DNA from: the human T2T-CHM13v2.0 reference genome, Homo sapiens
Reading direction: 5' to 3' (one strand)
Length of the DNA: 64,000 nucleotides
Assembly: GCF_009914755.1 (NCBI RefSeq)
Contig: NC_060926.1
Shown: one piece after another, positions 63,172-64,000 of the stretch
Layout of the letters: the number at the start of each line of letters is the position of its first letter
Position numbering within the stretch: the first letter of the stretch is position 1
The notes under the pieces: generated by a model
Seen by the model: the letters and a program-made list of their open reading frames with translations, nothing else
Database searches by the model: none
What the model was told of the DNA's origin: nothing
Program-made: the position numbers and the translations under genes

Positions 63172-64000
63172 TATTTTTAATTTTTAATTTTTAAAATTTA
63201 AATTTTTGTGGGTGCATAGTAGGTATATGTATTTATAGGGTACATGAGATGTTTTGATACAGGCATGCAATGAGTAATAATAACACCATGGAGAATGGGG
63301 TATCCATCCCCACTAAGCATTTATCCTTTGTGTTACAAACAATCCAATTACGCTCTTTTAGTTATTTTAAAATATACAATTAAGTTGGCAATAGTCACAC
63401 TGTTGTGCTATGAAATCATAGGTCTCATTTATTCTTTCTGTTTTCTTGTTTTTGGTACCCATTAACCATCCCCACCTCCCTGCAGTCCCCCACTTCCCTT
63501 CCTGGCCTCTGGTAACCATCCTTCTACTCTCTGTGTCCATGAGTTCAGTTGTTTTGATTTTTAGATCTCACAGATATGTGAGAACATGTGATGTCTGTCT
63601 TTCTGTGCCTGGCTCATTTCACTCAACATAATGATCTTCGGGTCCATCCATGTTGTTGCAAATGACAGGACCTTCTTTTTTATGGCAAAGTAGCCCTCCA
63701 TTGTGTATATGTACTACACTTTCTTTATCCACTCATCTGTTGAGGGACACTTAGGTTGCTTCCAAATCTTGTCTATTGTGAACAGTGCTGCAACCAACAT
63801 GGGAGTGCAGATATCTCATCCATATACCGATTTCCTTTCTTTACAGTATATACCCCCCAGTGAGATTGCTGGGTCAAATCGTAGTTCTGTTTTTAGTTTT
63901 TTGAGGAACCTCCAAACTGTTCTTCATAGTGTTTGTACTAATTTACATTCCCACCAACAGTGTACAAGTATTGCCTTTTCTCCACATCCTCAAAAACATT
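63172..64000 (-). mobile_element. L1MA-type 3' end, continuing beyond the window
   Basis: gggtacatgagatgttttgatacaggcatgcaatg...gtgagaacatgtgatgtctgtctttctgtgcctggc...acattcccaccaacagtgtac. Confidence 0.85.

Overview
This is primate (very probably human, 2p14) genomic DNA, not microbial. Two protein-coding genes lie head-to-head about 46 kb apart. CNRIP1 (minus strand) contributes a CpG-island promoter and coding exons 1 and 2, which splice in frame to give 110 codons. PLEK (plus strand) contributes its promoter, the 42-nt coding part of exon 1 and the start of intron 1. The rest is mostly interspersed repeats: about 28 Alu copies or fragments, a 3.3-kb 5'-truncated L1PA with a residual RT ORF, older L1M/L2/MIR relics, MaLR/ERV solo LTRs and hAT elements. 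Most ORFs in the supplied track are repeat-derived or chance ORFs. I found no convincing previously undescribed biological system. The best second-look items are a tiny twin-primed L1 in PLEK intron 1 whose duplicated breakpoint makes a 45-bp hairpin, a strong-Kozak upstream ATG in frame with CNRIP1 and blocked by one TAG, several template-switch or repair scars, and candidate regulatory sites. Repeat subfamily names and most repeat boundaries come from recalled consensus sequences and are approximate.
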